A DNA stretch of 64,000 nucleotides, from the IMG/VR virus record IMGVR_UViG_3300020431_000008, positions 1 through 64,000 of that record. The stretch is one strand, 5' to 3'. Below the pieces are notes generated by a model that worked only from the letters and a program-made list of their open reading frames with translations, made no database searches and had not been told where the DNA came from. Every line of letters begins with the position of its first letter. Positions within the stretch are counted from its first letter, which is position 1. This document shows, piece by piece, positions 6,943 to 15,512 of the stretch. The position numbers and the translations under genes are program-made. Source of the DNA: a virus. Lineage: Duplodnaviria > Caudoviricetes.

Positions 6943-7637
6943 ACAAATTGTCTCAGTTTTGTCAGAATAATCTTGTAGGCTTCTACTATATCACCTTCTC
7001 CATTTCTAAACAAGTCCTTATCAAATCTCTCTCCTTGTCCCTTACTCCATAGTCTCATATTATCTGGTGATAGTTCATCAGCAACATAGAGGTCACCATG
7101 AGCATCATATCCAAACTCTAGTTTGAAATCAACCAAATCAATTCCACACATCAAAAATAGTGGTTGTAGTACATCATTGATGTTTAGAGTCTTTTCAATA
7201 ATTGGATCTGTATTGATTCCCATCAACCTCACACGATCTGGTGTGAGCAGAGGATCATTTTTACTATCATCCTTTAAGAAAAATTCAACAATAGGAGGTT
7301 GAATGATTATGCCCTCAGTAAGATTGGTAGTCCTCACAATAGAACCTGCTGCAATGTTTCTACAGATAACTTCCACAGGAACAATTTCAAGTTTCCTACA
7401 TCTCATAGTATTGAGTGAAGGACAATCAAGATAGTGTGTTCTGATTGAGTTACTTTCCAGGTACTCAAACAACATTGCTGACATAAGACAACAGACAGTA
7501 CCCTTTCCTTTTGGGTAATCAATCATCTTCCCATTTCCAGCAGTCACACAATCTTCATACTGAATCAACACCTCTTGATGATCATCAGTTGAATAAACTG
7601 TTTTTACTTTTCCTTTTAAAATTTCAGTCATACCCAT
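6939..7637 (-). CDS. purC: SAICAR synthetase; auxiliary metabolic gene
   Basis: KGKVKTVY, IVPVEVICRNIAAGSI, LVDFKLEFG, ADELSPDNMRLW, FDKDLFR. Confidence 0.95.
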   Translation of the reverse strand: MGMTEILKGKVKTVYSTDDHQEVLIQYEDCVTAGNGKMIDYPKGKGTVCCLMSAMLFEYLESNSIRTHYLDCPSLNTMRCRKLEIVPVEVICRNIAAGSIVRTTNLTEGIIIQPPIVEFFLKDDSKNDPLLTPDRVRLMGINTDPIIEKTLNINDVLQPLFLMCGIDLVDFKLEFGYDAHGDLYVADELSPDNMRLWSKGQGERFDKDLFRNGEGDIVEAYKIILTKLRQFV

Positions 7638-8155
7638 TCAGGTTTACGATGTGGAAGGCGAAGATAGTTGTCTTTCACCCATGGTTTAGAACCAATGTAC
7701 ATTTTATATGCATCAAAGGTTGAGATACTATCATCTAATTTGAACTCATCTGGCATTGCTCTCACAAAGGGTGTAGTCTCTTTACCAGACCTACCAGTAG
7801 GATCTCCTGTTGGTAGGATTTCTTTTGCTGCACAGAGGGTCAGGAAGCAAGTATGGACTTTGCCATATCTAGCAGCATACTCACTACATAGACCAAATCC
7901 ATGTGCGAGTAACCACTGCCAGTTCATCACAAACTCATTTGCCCATTTAGTGCAAGGATGATTACGAAAGGCACCTTTTTCAGTTGTATATGGTGTACCA
8001 TCTGCTTTGGGAAGAGTGCCAAACCCATGACCCCATTTGTCAGAGCATACAATAGCAAGCATCTGACAGGTCTCTAATGGCATCTTAACAATGTGCTTGT
8101 CAGGAAGAGATCTTGCACAATCCCAGGGGTCAGATGATGTTACAAAAATATTCAT
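7628..8155 (-). CDS. denV: Pyrimidine-dimer DNA glycosylase / endonuclease V-like
   Basis: MNIFVT...LPDKHIVKMPLETCQML...FRNHPCTKW...EYAARYGKVH; family assignment by motif recall. Confidence 0.8.
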   Translation of the reverse strand: MNIFVTSSDPWDCARSLPDKHIVKMPLETCQMLAIVCSDKWGHGFGTLPKADGTPYTTEKGAFRNHPCTKWANEFVMNWQWLLAHGFGLCSEYAARYGKVHTCFLTLCAAKEILPTGDPTGRSGKETTPFVRAMPDEFKLDDSISTFDAYKMYIGSKPWVKDNYLRLPHRKPEWV

Positions 8156-8400
8156 AATAATTTAGATAATGATATCATCAATAGGAATGTTAACATAATA
8201 ACTACATCCCAAGATTTTGTCCTAATAAAGTAAGGAACTGAAATGAGATCTGCAACAAAATGAAGAACTACACCAACAGGCACACTAACATGAAGGACAA
8301 TAAAATAGGCAGTGATCACAAGAGCACTACCTACGACTCTCATAGGAACATCAAATGGAGTCTTTAGTCCAGAAACTGACATAAGTATGATAAACCCCAA
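8152..8400 (-). CDS. Small membrane protein (about 3 hydrophobic segments)
   Basis: ORF track; hydrophobic runs VVGSALVITAYFIVLHV, VVLHFVADLISVPYF, VVIMLTFLLMISL. Confidence 0.7.
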   Translation of the reverse strand: MGFIILMSVSGLKTPFDVPMRVVGSALVITAYFIVLHVSVPVGVVLHFVADLISVPYFIRTKSWDVVIMLTFLLMISLSKLL

Positions 8401-8822
8401 TTTAATGTGCTGGATGGGATAGCATCAACATTTTCCTCTAGGACCTGCTTTGCTTTCACCAACCTTACTATACCACAGGACTTTGCTGTTGCCTTAGAAA
8501 TTTCCATGAATTCCTCAAAGTCTTCAGCATTACCCTTCTTAACTCCACTCACATAAAGTCTCCTTGCCTCCTTCATCAACTCTTGAGTCTCAGGTTCAAA
8601 GGTGATTGTTTCTTCTTTGAGAGGGATTTCCATATTCTTCATGCAAGACATGCTGAACTTCATTGCTTCTCTTGTCTCATCAAGAGGAAGAGCATGTTCA
8701 GCATTGTCTCTAAATGCATGTTGAATCACACCATTAGTACACTCCATAACCCTGAGAATAGCAATCTTGTCTTTCTCAGTGTCAGGGAGGTTATTGTAGA
8801 TAGAGTACCAGTCTCTCATCAA
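8364..8822 (-). CDS. Hypothetical protein (152 aa)
   Basis: ORF track; ATGA overlap with gp45 stop. Confidence 0.75.
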   Translation of the reverse strand: MMRDWYSIYNNLPDTEKDKIAILRVMECTNGVIQHAFRDNAEHALPLDETREAMKFSMSCMKNMEIPLKEETITFEPETQELMKEARRLYVSGVKKGNAEDFEEFMEISKATAKSCGIVRLVKAKQVLEENVDAIPSSTLNWGLSYLCQFLD

Positions 8823-9505
8823 CCAAAAGTAGAATCAGGTTCAAGAGCAATATAATAAGTAACATCAATGTTCTGATTATTGAAGCGAGACAGGAGTTTA
8901 GAAGATACTACAACATCATATGTTCCTGGAACAATCTTCAAGTTCTCTTCTTTGAAGTTAAATACAAAACTATCAGATGTTTCTCCAACAATGATTGAGA
9001 AGTCATTAGAAGTATCATTCTTCTTATCACGTGCAACAAGTTTGACTACACCATTCTCACCAATAGCAGAGATATCAGGGAGTTGATATACAGATGCTGC
9101 CTTTTTGAGTTTCTCCAATTGCTGACTAGTCAGAACAAAGCATACATCCTCAGTAGGAAGTTTGATTTCTTTTTCAGGAGGAGCAACAATTACAGTAGGA
9201 TCAGCAAAGAAATACTTAGAACGCATCTTGCCTTCTTTGATGACCACATACTGATCATTAGTAAAGTCTAGGTCTGCACTCTGATGCAAAGAAAGACCAT
9301 TAAGAAATTGGTTCAGATCATAAATTCCAAAGTCTTTAGGAAAGTCTTCAGATACATTTGCTTCAACCAAGATGTTTTTCATTACTGAGATAGAACGCAG
9401 TTTGTTACCCTGCTTGAACAAAATAGATTGATTAATAGAAGAGAAGTTCTTCAGAAGGTTTACAGTAGTTTCAGACAGTTTCATAGTTGTAGATTTCAGT
9501 TTCAT
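8819..9505 (-). CDS. gp45: Sliding clamp gp45
   Basis: MKLSETTVNLLKNFSSINQSILFKQG...FGIYDLNQFL...YYIALEPDS; start trimmed from 9568. Confidence 0.97.
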   Translation of the reverse strand: MKLKSTTMKLSETTVNLLKNFSSINQSILFKQGNKLRSISVMKNILVEANVSEDFPKDFGIYDLNQFLNGLSLHQSADLDFTNDQYVVIKEGKMRSKYFFADPTVIVAPPEKEIKLPTEDVCFVLTSQQLEKLKKAASVYQLPDISAIGENGVVKLVARDKKNDTSNDFSIIVGETSDSFVFNFKEENLKIVPGTYDVVVSSKLLSRFNNQNIDVTYYIALEPDSTFG

Positions 9506-9506
9506 G

Positions 9507-9974
9507 TCACTGAGGATAGGTTTCACGTTGGGCATTCTTGTCATTAAAGTGTAGCAGAAGAACAGCATAGTGCAGAATCTTCAGGATGTCACGTCTAGAT
9601 GTTCCTTTTCTATCATAACGAGATGCATACTTGAGAATGTTGCTGCGACAAAATGGCTCACCATCACCACATGCCTCAATCAGATCCAGTGTCTGGATAT
9701 TGTCATTGCCAGTAGAATAATGCTGACGATATGTATTAGAAATATATTCAGTCAACTCCTTGAGGATTGTTTCCTCACTGTACTTATATTTTTTGCTTTT
9801 TGGTTCCATATTAAGTTCAATAAAGTCTGGCGAATGTAAAGTAATGTAGTCAGAGTCATATGAATTGAGATTAATTTGGTCAACTCCTGAGGTAGAATTA
9901 ATGACATCATTTGTTCCCCAAAAATCTCTGTAATCATCTTGACTTGCTTGGTCAACAGGCATGTGCTCAGTCAT
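9507..9974 (-). CDS. Conserved phage protein, DUF3310-like
   Basis: HY...QTLDLIEACG.GEPFCRSNILKYASRYDRKG..RRDILKILHYA pattern. Confidence 0.7.
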   Translation of the reverse strand: MTEHMPVDQASQDDYRDFWGTNDVINSTSGVDQINLNSYDSDYITLHSPDFIELNMEPKSKKYKYSEETILKELTEYISNTYRQHYSTGNDNIQTLDLIEACGDGEPFCRSNILKYASRYDRKGTSRRDILKILHYAVLLLHFNDKNAQRETYPQ

Positions 9975-9988
9975 AATAATCCTTCAAT

Positions 9989-10017
9989 ATTATATCAAAG
10001 AGTTCCTGTAATGTCAA
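9989..10017 (-). promoter_or_regulatory. Perfect-consensus sigma70 promoter in the 3' end of the AAA ATPase gene
   Basis: TTGACA (10012-10017), 17 nt spacer, TATAAT (9989-9994); drives the 9974 ORF and gp45. Confidence 0.85.
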
Positions 10018-11098
10018 AGTTTTTTAGTGCTTCTTCATCAAGTTTAATCTCAAAGTCAGCATCTACTTTGTCATATAGTTCCAGGAAGGATGCCTTAGTT
10101 TCATCATCAAAACGATTAATGCAGACCTGAATTGCCTTTGACTTATCCTCAAAAATACTATAAGCACGAATGATGTGGACAAGACGTCTTGTGCTGATAA
10201 CATCTTCAATACCACCATCATAAAAAGTCTTGCGAATGATATCTGCCCAGTCACAAAGATACTTACAGAATAAACTATCTTTAATACCCAAATCAAGAGA
10301 AATTCCTTCAAGAATTTTTTGTTCTGTTTTAGATGTGGGATAGTCTTGCTCAAAGGTTACACAGAAACGTTCTAAAAATGCTTCATTCAATACATTGGTT
10401 CCAATAAATCTACCATCCTCAGAACCTTTGCCCTTAGTATTTGCAGTTGCAATGATATTGAATCCAGGTGTGGGTTGAATATACTTACCAATCTTCTTTA
10501 GGAAGATGCCTTTACCTTCTAGGATAGACTGCAGACAAAGAATTTTGTTAGATGCTAAGTCAACTTCATCTAGAAGCAACACTGCTCCACGTTCCAGAGC
10601 CTCAATGACTGGACCATTATGCCAAATAGTTTCACCATTAATAAGACGAAAACCACCAATAAGATCATCTTCATCAGTCTCAATAGTAATGTTGACACGA
10701 ATTAATTCTTTCTTAAGTTGTGAGCAAGCTTGCTCAACACATAGAGTTTTGCCATTTCCTGAAAGTCCTGTAATAAATGTAGGGTAAAAGATATTTGACT
10801 TAAGAATCTTTTTAACATCAGCAAAGTTGCCAAAGGGAACAAAAGCATTATCTTTAATTGGAATAAGATCTTGCACTATTGAAGGAGTAGCTGCAGGTGC
10901 TTGATAAGTTTGTTCTAATTGCTGTTGCTCATTCAATTCCCACTTACCACGACCAGTTTTATATTGATCAAGTTTTTTAGTAGCAGTTGAATATGTTGTC
11001 CCATTCATTGCACACCAAGCACGAACATCACCAGATGTTACAATATCTCCATAGAGTGCTTGAAGTGATGTAACAATGTATTCAGCAGAAAGAGCCAT
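9995..11098 (-). CDS. cobS: MoxR/CobS-like AAA+ ATPase
   Basis: Walker A GLSGNGKT, Walker B LLLDEVD, IATANTKGKG, NEAFLERF; start trimmed to MALSAEY. Confidence 0.88.
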   Translation of the reverse strand: MALSAEYIVTSLQALYGDIVTSGDVRAWCAMNGTTYSTATKKLDQYKTGRGKWELNEQQQLEQTYQAPAATPSIVQDLIPIKDNAFVPFGNFADVKKILKSNIFYPTFITGLSGNGKTLCVEQACSQLKKELIRVNITIETDEDDLIGGFRLINGETIWHNGPVIEALERGAVLLLDEVDLASNKILCLQSILEGKGIFLKKIGKYIQPTPGFNIIATANTKGKGSEDGRFIGTNVLNEAFLERFCVTFEQDYPTSKTEQKILEGISLDLGIKDSLFCKYLCDWADIIRKTFYDGGIEDVISTRRLVHIIRAYSIFEDKSKAIQVCINRFDDETKASFLELYDKVDADFEIKLDEEALKNFDITGTL

Positions 11099-11120
11099 GT
11101 TTTTTGTGTTCAACAGATTA

Positions 11121-11175
11121 ATTATAAAGCATATAAGGATCACTAGAATCCCCATGGGGACAGTTCCCCAACTGG
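11121..11175 (-). promoter_or_regulatory. -10 box with two upstream palindromes
   Basis: Minus strand CCAGTT-GGGG-AACTG, then TCCCCATGGGGA (11149-11160), then TATAAT (11121-11126). Confidence 0.55.
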
Positions 11176-13257
11176 TCAGCAGACCAGATCCATAAACTGA
11201 CTCAGAACTTTTTTATTTAGTGCTTTTGCTTTGAGATTCTTAGCAAATGCTGATTTAATTTTTGCCTTAGTAGCGCCTGTTTCAACATCAAAGTCAGTAT
11301 CATAATTTAGTGAGTTAGTAGTCATAATAAAGTATGAACTATATCCAGAATCTTTAATAGCATAGAACTTCTCTTTCTTAATATTATAAATTTGTTTTTC
11401 ACCAAGATCCTCATACTTTGAGATGAATCCTCTTATGGAACGACTATCCACCAACCTAAATCCGATGAAGTTTGTATCAGGAAATGTCCTCTTCAAATCT
11501 TCAAGAAGAATCTCAGTAAACTGGTAGTATTCATATTGAAGTTGATACGTGTGACCATTCTTTCTACTACGTAAGTAACTATTAATGGCAGTAGGATAAG
11601 CAGAATATAAACCTTTATCTATTTCTGAATTAATAGTTGGTCTTCTACGAACCACAGGAAGAACATTTGCTTCACCATCAGTCAGAATCACACATTGAAC
11701 TTTCTGAAGATCATGCTTTGCTTTGAACTGAGGAATCATCTCATACAAACAAGCAATGGACTGATTCAAAGGTGTTCCTGACAGACCATAACCAGCAGGA
11801 ACAGTATAGTTAACCCACTTTCTAAAAGAATAAACAATACGCCATATAGACTTCATCTGTTCATCTAAATTCTGATTTCTCAACCCAGAAGTTAGGAGGT
11901 TGACTAACCTAAACTCATTAACCACAAAGCGATTCAAGTCTTCTTCCTCAAGAGGAGTACGAACTATGTTGTGATAACTGTTAGTAAAACTATAAAGATC
12001 AAAAGGAATATTGACTTTATTGCAGAACCAAATCAAATTGAAAACTTGCTTAACAGTGTTGAGCATCTCAGTAGCCATAGAACCTGACCAATCAAGTAGA
12101 AAGATTAGTCCATGATTCTGTCCGTCAGGGAGACTGATTGTTTTCCTGAAGAGATCTTCATTATACTTATAAGTATGAAGTTTTGTACAATCAAGGATAC
12201 CAGTCTTTGAAATAGAAGCACGAGCATATGCATCAGCAGATTTCTTACACTCAAACTCTTTTACAAGGTAATTAACTTCACGTTGTGCAGTTTTCTTGAA
12301 CTCCATATACTCCTTATCTGCTACTTCAAAATCCCCTATGATGATCTTCTCTCCATGTTTTAGAGGAATAATCTGTTCTGCCCAAGAAGCATTCAATTCT
12401 TCATGAACTGTTTTGTTATCAATAATAATAGTGTCTAAATCAATTCTAGGTAGATCAAAATATCCATTCAGTTCACCTAAGTCATTACCATTAAACTCCT
12501 GAGTACGTTCATTAAAGATATCATCAGTAGATACTTCAGGTTCAGGATTGACACTACTCTCTACAGTCTCAGTTTCAGTTTGTTGCTCCAACTCTTCGCT
12601 CTCTTCACTATCAGTATCAAGTGAAGATACTTGAGATTTTACCTTTTCCTGTTCTGTTTCTGTTTTATCAGATGATGGAGTATTATTTTGAGAAGAATTC
12701 TCTACCTCAGGTCTATATTCCTTACAGTATTGATAGAGTATCTCAGCAGCATTAATTGTTTCTTCAAAGGTCTCAACATCATTGATAATATTCTTGATTA
12801 CTTCTTCTTCCTCACTGAACTCAATATCAATAAAATTACCAATCTTAAAGTGTAAGTTTACACGATCAGCAAGGTTCATTGATCCAACATCATCATCCTC
12901 AATACAGAAAAAATCATTCTCAGCAAGTTCTCCATAACCCTTATAGAAACTCTTAGCAAGTCCAGGATATCTACGCTTCATCAACTTCTCAATGCGCGCA
13001 TCCTCTACTACATTTACAAATTGGTGAGGAATACGATTTTCCCATTCCCATTCATTTGGTGTGTAAAGAGCATGCCCAACTTCATGACCCACAAGCATAT
13101 CATAAACACTATTAGAGGCACGCTTCCACATAGGCAATGTAAGTACACGTGTCTCAACATTGAACTGTGCTGTGGGAACACTCCTGTTTTCTACAATGAT
13201 GTCTTCAGTAGCCAGCAATTTTGCAAGCTGGGACTTGATTTCATAATTGATAGGCAT
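11176..13257 (-). CDS. CobT-like protein: N-terminal HExxH metallopeptidase-like domain plus C-terminal VWA domain
   Basis: HEVGHALYT, NVVEDARIE, MIDAS LLDWSGSM, LSGTPL, ILTDGEA; start trimmed to MPINYE. Confidence 0.85.
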   Translation of the reverse strand: MPINYEIKSQLAKLLATEDIIVENRSVPTAQFNVETRVLTLPMWKRASNSVYDMLVGHEVGHALYTPNEWEWENRIPHQFVNVVEDARIEKLMKRRYPGLAKSFYKGYGELAENDFFCIEDDDVGSMNLADRVNLHFKIGNFIDIEFSEEEEVIKNIINDVETFEETINAAEILYQYCKEYRPEVENSSQNNTPSSDKTETEQEKVKSQVSSLDTDSEESEELEQQTETETVESSVNPEPEVSTDDIFNERTQEFNGNDLGELNGYFDLPRIDLDTIIIDNKTVHEELNASWAEQIIPLKHGEKIIIGDFEVADKEYMEFKKTAQREVNYLVKEFECKKSADAYARASISKTGILDCTKLHTYKYNEDLFRKTISLPDGQNHGLIFLLDWSGSMATEMLNTVKQVFNLIWFCNKVNIPFDLYSFTNSYHNIVRTPLEEEDLNRFVVNEFRLVNLLTSGLRNQNLDEQMKSIWRIVYSFRKWVNYTVPAGYGLSGTPLNQSIACLYEMIPQFKAKHDLQKVQCVILTDGEANVLPVVRRRPTINSEIDKGLYSAYPTAINSYLRSRKNGHTYQLQYEYYQFTEILLEDLKRTFPDTNFIGFRLVDSRSIRGFISKYEDLGEKQIYNIKKEKFYAIKDSGYSSYFIMTTNSLNYDTDFDVETGATKAKIKSAFAKNLKAKALNKKVLSQFMDLVC

Positions 13258-13276
13258 GTGTCCTCTGCTAATAAAA

Positions 13277-13426
13277 TTAGTATAAAACAAAAGGGTCACC
13301 TTTTGGATGACCCTTGTGGCGCTTCTTAAAGTGGCGAAGAGCTTCTTTCCTAGCTCTCATTGCTTGAGGTTTAAGTTTCCTCTTCTTTTCTTTCTTGGAG
13401 TGGTGTTTCCAATTTGGAGTATTCAC
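13277..13426 (-). CDS. Small basic hypothetical protein (49 aa, GTG start)
   Basis: Manual translation MNTPNWKHHSKKEKRRKLKPQAMRARKEALRHFKKRHKGHPKGDPFVLY*. Confidence 0.6.
   Translation of the reverse strand: MNTPNWKHHSKKEKKRKLKPQAMRARKEALRHFKKRHKGHPKGDPFVLY
13284..13315 (-). terminator. Probable intrinsic terminator after the gp47-gp46 operon
   Basis: Minus strand AAGGGTCA-TCCAAAAGG-TGACCCTT-TTGTTTT. Confidence 0.6.
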
Positions 13427-13523
13427 GTAGATACCTGTCAGATGAAGGATCAGTAATTAGAGTCATACCAGACTCTTTAAAGTTCTTAGATAAGTCTACT
13501 GGAGTCTTATAGGGTGTTTTCAT
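13371..13523 (-). CDS. Small hypothetical protein (50 aa)
   Basis: Manual translation MKTPYKTPVDLSKNFKESGMTLITDPSSDRYLREYSKLETPLQERKEEET*, directly after gp46. Confidence 0.55.
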   Translation of the reverse strand: MKTPYKTPVDLSKNFKESGMTLITDPSSDRYLREYSKLETPLQERKEEET

Positions 13524-13540
13524 GACACTTTACTAGTTTA

Positions 13541-15253
13541 CTATGATACTATAGTGGAGAATCCTTTGATCTTTTCATACTTTATGACACTTTGGAATTT
13601 GTCCTCTAGACCTCCTTTGTGTGATATTACAAAAATGTTTGCATCCTTGATGACATACCTAATAATTTTTAGAAACTCATCAGTTCCTAATCCATCAAGG
13701 GAAGAATCAAATACCTCATCCATGATGAGGAGATTTGTATTGACTGAATTCTTAATTCTTGCTATCTCTCTCCAAGTAAACAATAGAGATAAGTCTATTC
13801 TCATTTTCTCACCCTCAGAAAAAGAGGAATAAGAAAAGTCTTCATGTATAGGTGTTTCTATAGTTTCATTGAACTCTTCATCCAATTTAAAGTTTATATA
13901 GAAATCCATCATCTGGAGATATTTATTAACTTGCTGATTAATTAAAGGAAGATACTTCTTAATGATTTGAGATTTTACTCCACCATCTTTAAGAAGATTG
14001 TAAGTGAAGTCGTAGTAGGAAATACTTTCTTTTTTCTCAGCAAGCAACTCATATGTGTCATGAAGACCATTTCCAAACTCTTCTAGTTTCTCATGTTCAG
14101 TATTTCTATTTGCAATTTGATTGGCAATAGTTTGAATTTCAGATTCAAGTCCTCTGACTTGTCTTTGAAACCCAGAAATCTGAGCATTGTTTGTAGAAAT
14201 GTCATTAAGTACTTTACTGATGTCTCCTGTTATTAACTTAAAATGTGACTCTCTTTGCTCTTCATCTTTAATTGCCTCTTGAAGTTGCTTAAATCCTTCT
14301 TGCAATTCCTGTGCTTTATTTTGAGAGTCATCAATTCTATTTAATCGAAATTGCTCCTCAATATCCTGCTCACATGTAGGGCAAACCCTATTTTCACTAA
14401 AGAATTTATGTTCCTTAACAATAGAAGTAATCTTCTGAGATAGTTTACCTTTAATACTACCATACTCACGAAGTTTTTCAGTAGAATCAGAGAAATCTGT
14501 AAGGTCATTCTGAAGTTGGACTAATTCAAGATTTAAATTTTCATTACTATTCATCTTCATACACTCTTGGTCCAGAAGTTTTTGAATATAATTTTCTTTC
14601 TCTTTGATATCAGTCTTACTCTTATTCTCAATTTTTTCAATAAAGTCTTTTTGCATATCAACTTTATCTTTAAGTGACTCTTTCTTAAGTTCAAGAGTTT
14701 TTACTTCTTCTTTGATAAGACGTATTTTACTCTTCACAATATCATTCATAGAGGAAAAGATCTTAATATCTAAAAGATCTTCTACAACTTCCCTTCTACT
14801 ATTAGTAGGTAATTGCATAAAGGGAATGAAAGAACTACTACCCAAAATAACAATTTGAGTAAATGACTTATAGTTCATCTTCAAAACATTCTGTTCCAAC
14901 CACTTTTGTTGATCTACAGCAGAGGAACTCTGATCAAGAGGTTCACCATTCCTATAAATCTTAAAGATATTAGGTTTAATTCCTCTCTCCACCTTCCAGT
15001 CAACACCATTGACACTAAACTCAATCTCTACCAGACAGTTCTTCTCATTAGCAGTATTGATAAGTTGAGCTTTATTAATACGCCTAAACGCCTTTCCATA
15101 TAGCACAAAACATAGAGCATCCAGAATAGTTGATTTGCCAGCACCATTAGTGCCAATAATCAATGTAGTTGAATCCTTATTGAGTTCTACCTCTGTAAAA
15201 TGATTTCCTGTTGACAGTAAATTTTTCCATTTAATCTTCTCAAATATAATCAT
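13541..15253 (-). CDS. gp46: Recombination endonuclease ATPase subunit gp46 (Rad50-like)
   Basis: GTNGAGKST, CPTC zinc hook, FSEGEKMRIDL signature, LLIMDEVFDSSLD. Confidence 0.97.
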   Translation of the reverse strand: MIIFEKIKWKNLLSTGNHFTEVELNKDSTTLIIGTNGAGKSTILDALCFVLYGKAFRRINKAQLINTANEKNCLVEIEFSVNGVDWKVERGIKPNIFKIYRNGEPLDQSSSAVDQQKWLEQNVLKMNYKSFTQIVILGSSSFIPFMQLPTNSRREVVEDLLDIKIFSSMNDIVKSKIRLIKEEVKTLELKKESLKDKVDMQKDFIEKIENKSKTDIKEKENYIQKLLDQECMKMNSNENLNLELVQLQNDLTDFSDSTEKLREYGSIKGKLSQKITSIVKEHKFFSENRVCPTCEQDIEEQFRLNRIDDSQNKAQELQEGFKQLQEAIKDEEQRESHFKLITGDISKVLNDISTNNAQISGFQRQVRGLESEIQTIANQIANRNTEHEKLEEFGNGLHDTYELLAEKKESISYYDFTYNLLKDGGVKSQIIKKYLPLINQQVNKYLQMMDFYINFKLDEEFNETIETPIHEDFSYSSFSEGEKMRIDLSLLFTWREIARIKNSVNTNLLIMDEVFDSSLDGLGTDEFLKIIRYVIKDANIFVISHKGGLEDKFQSVIKYEKIKGFSTIVS

Positions 15254-15512
15254 ATTCGCTTTCTGGTGGAATCACAATGTCATTTTTACTTATTATAGCA
15301 TACCTGTGATCATGTATCTCACAAGTTTTTACCATCAATTCATCATCAATTTCTACTACATGCATTTCAGGGTAACCCATATCTTCCAGTTGAATGGCAT
15401 ATCTGATAGCATCATCATTCTCAATAAAGATGTAGAGAACTTGCTGTCCATCATCATCTACAACAGAATATGCACCATCTTTTTCCTTACCCTCAACTGT
15501 AATAATAAACAT
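15240..15512 (-). CDS. Conserved hypothetical protein between gp47 and gp46
   Basis: ORF track, 90 aa, overlaps both neighbours. Confidence 0.8.
   Translation of the reverse strand: MFIITVEGKEKDGAYSVVDDDGQQVLYIFIENDDAIRYAIQLEDMGYPEMHVVEIDDELMVKTCEIHDHRYAIISKNDIVIPPESEYDYI

Noticed and set aside
9995-11098. cobS as a true cobalamin-synthesis auxiliary gene
   Set aside because: No cobN or other cob genes in the window; a MoxR AAA+/VWA system explains the pair equally well.
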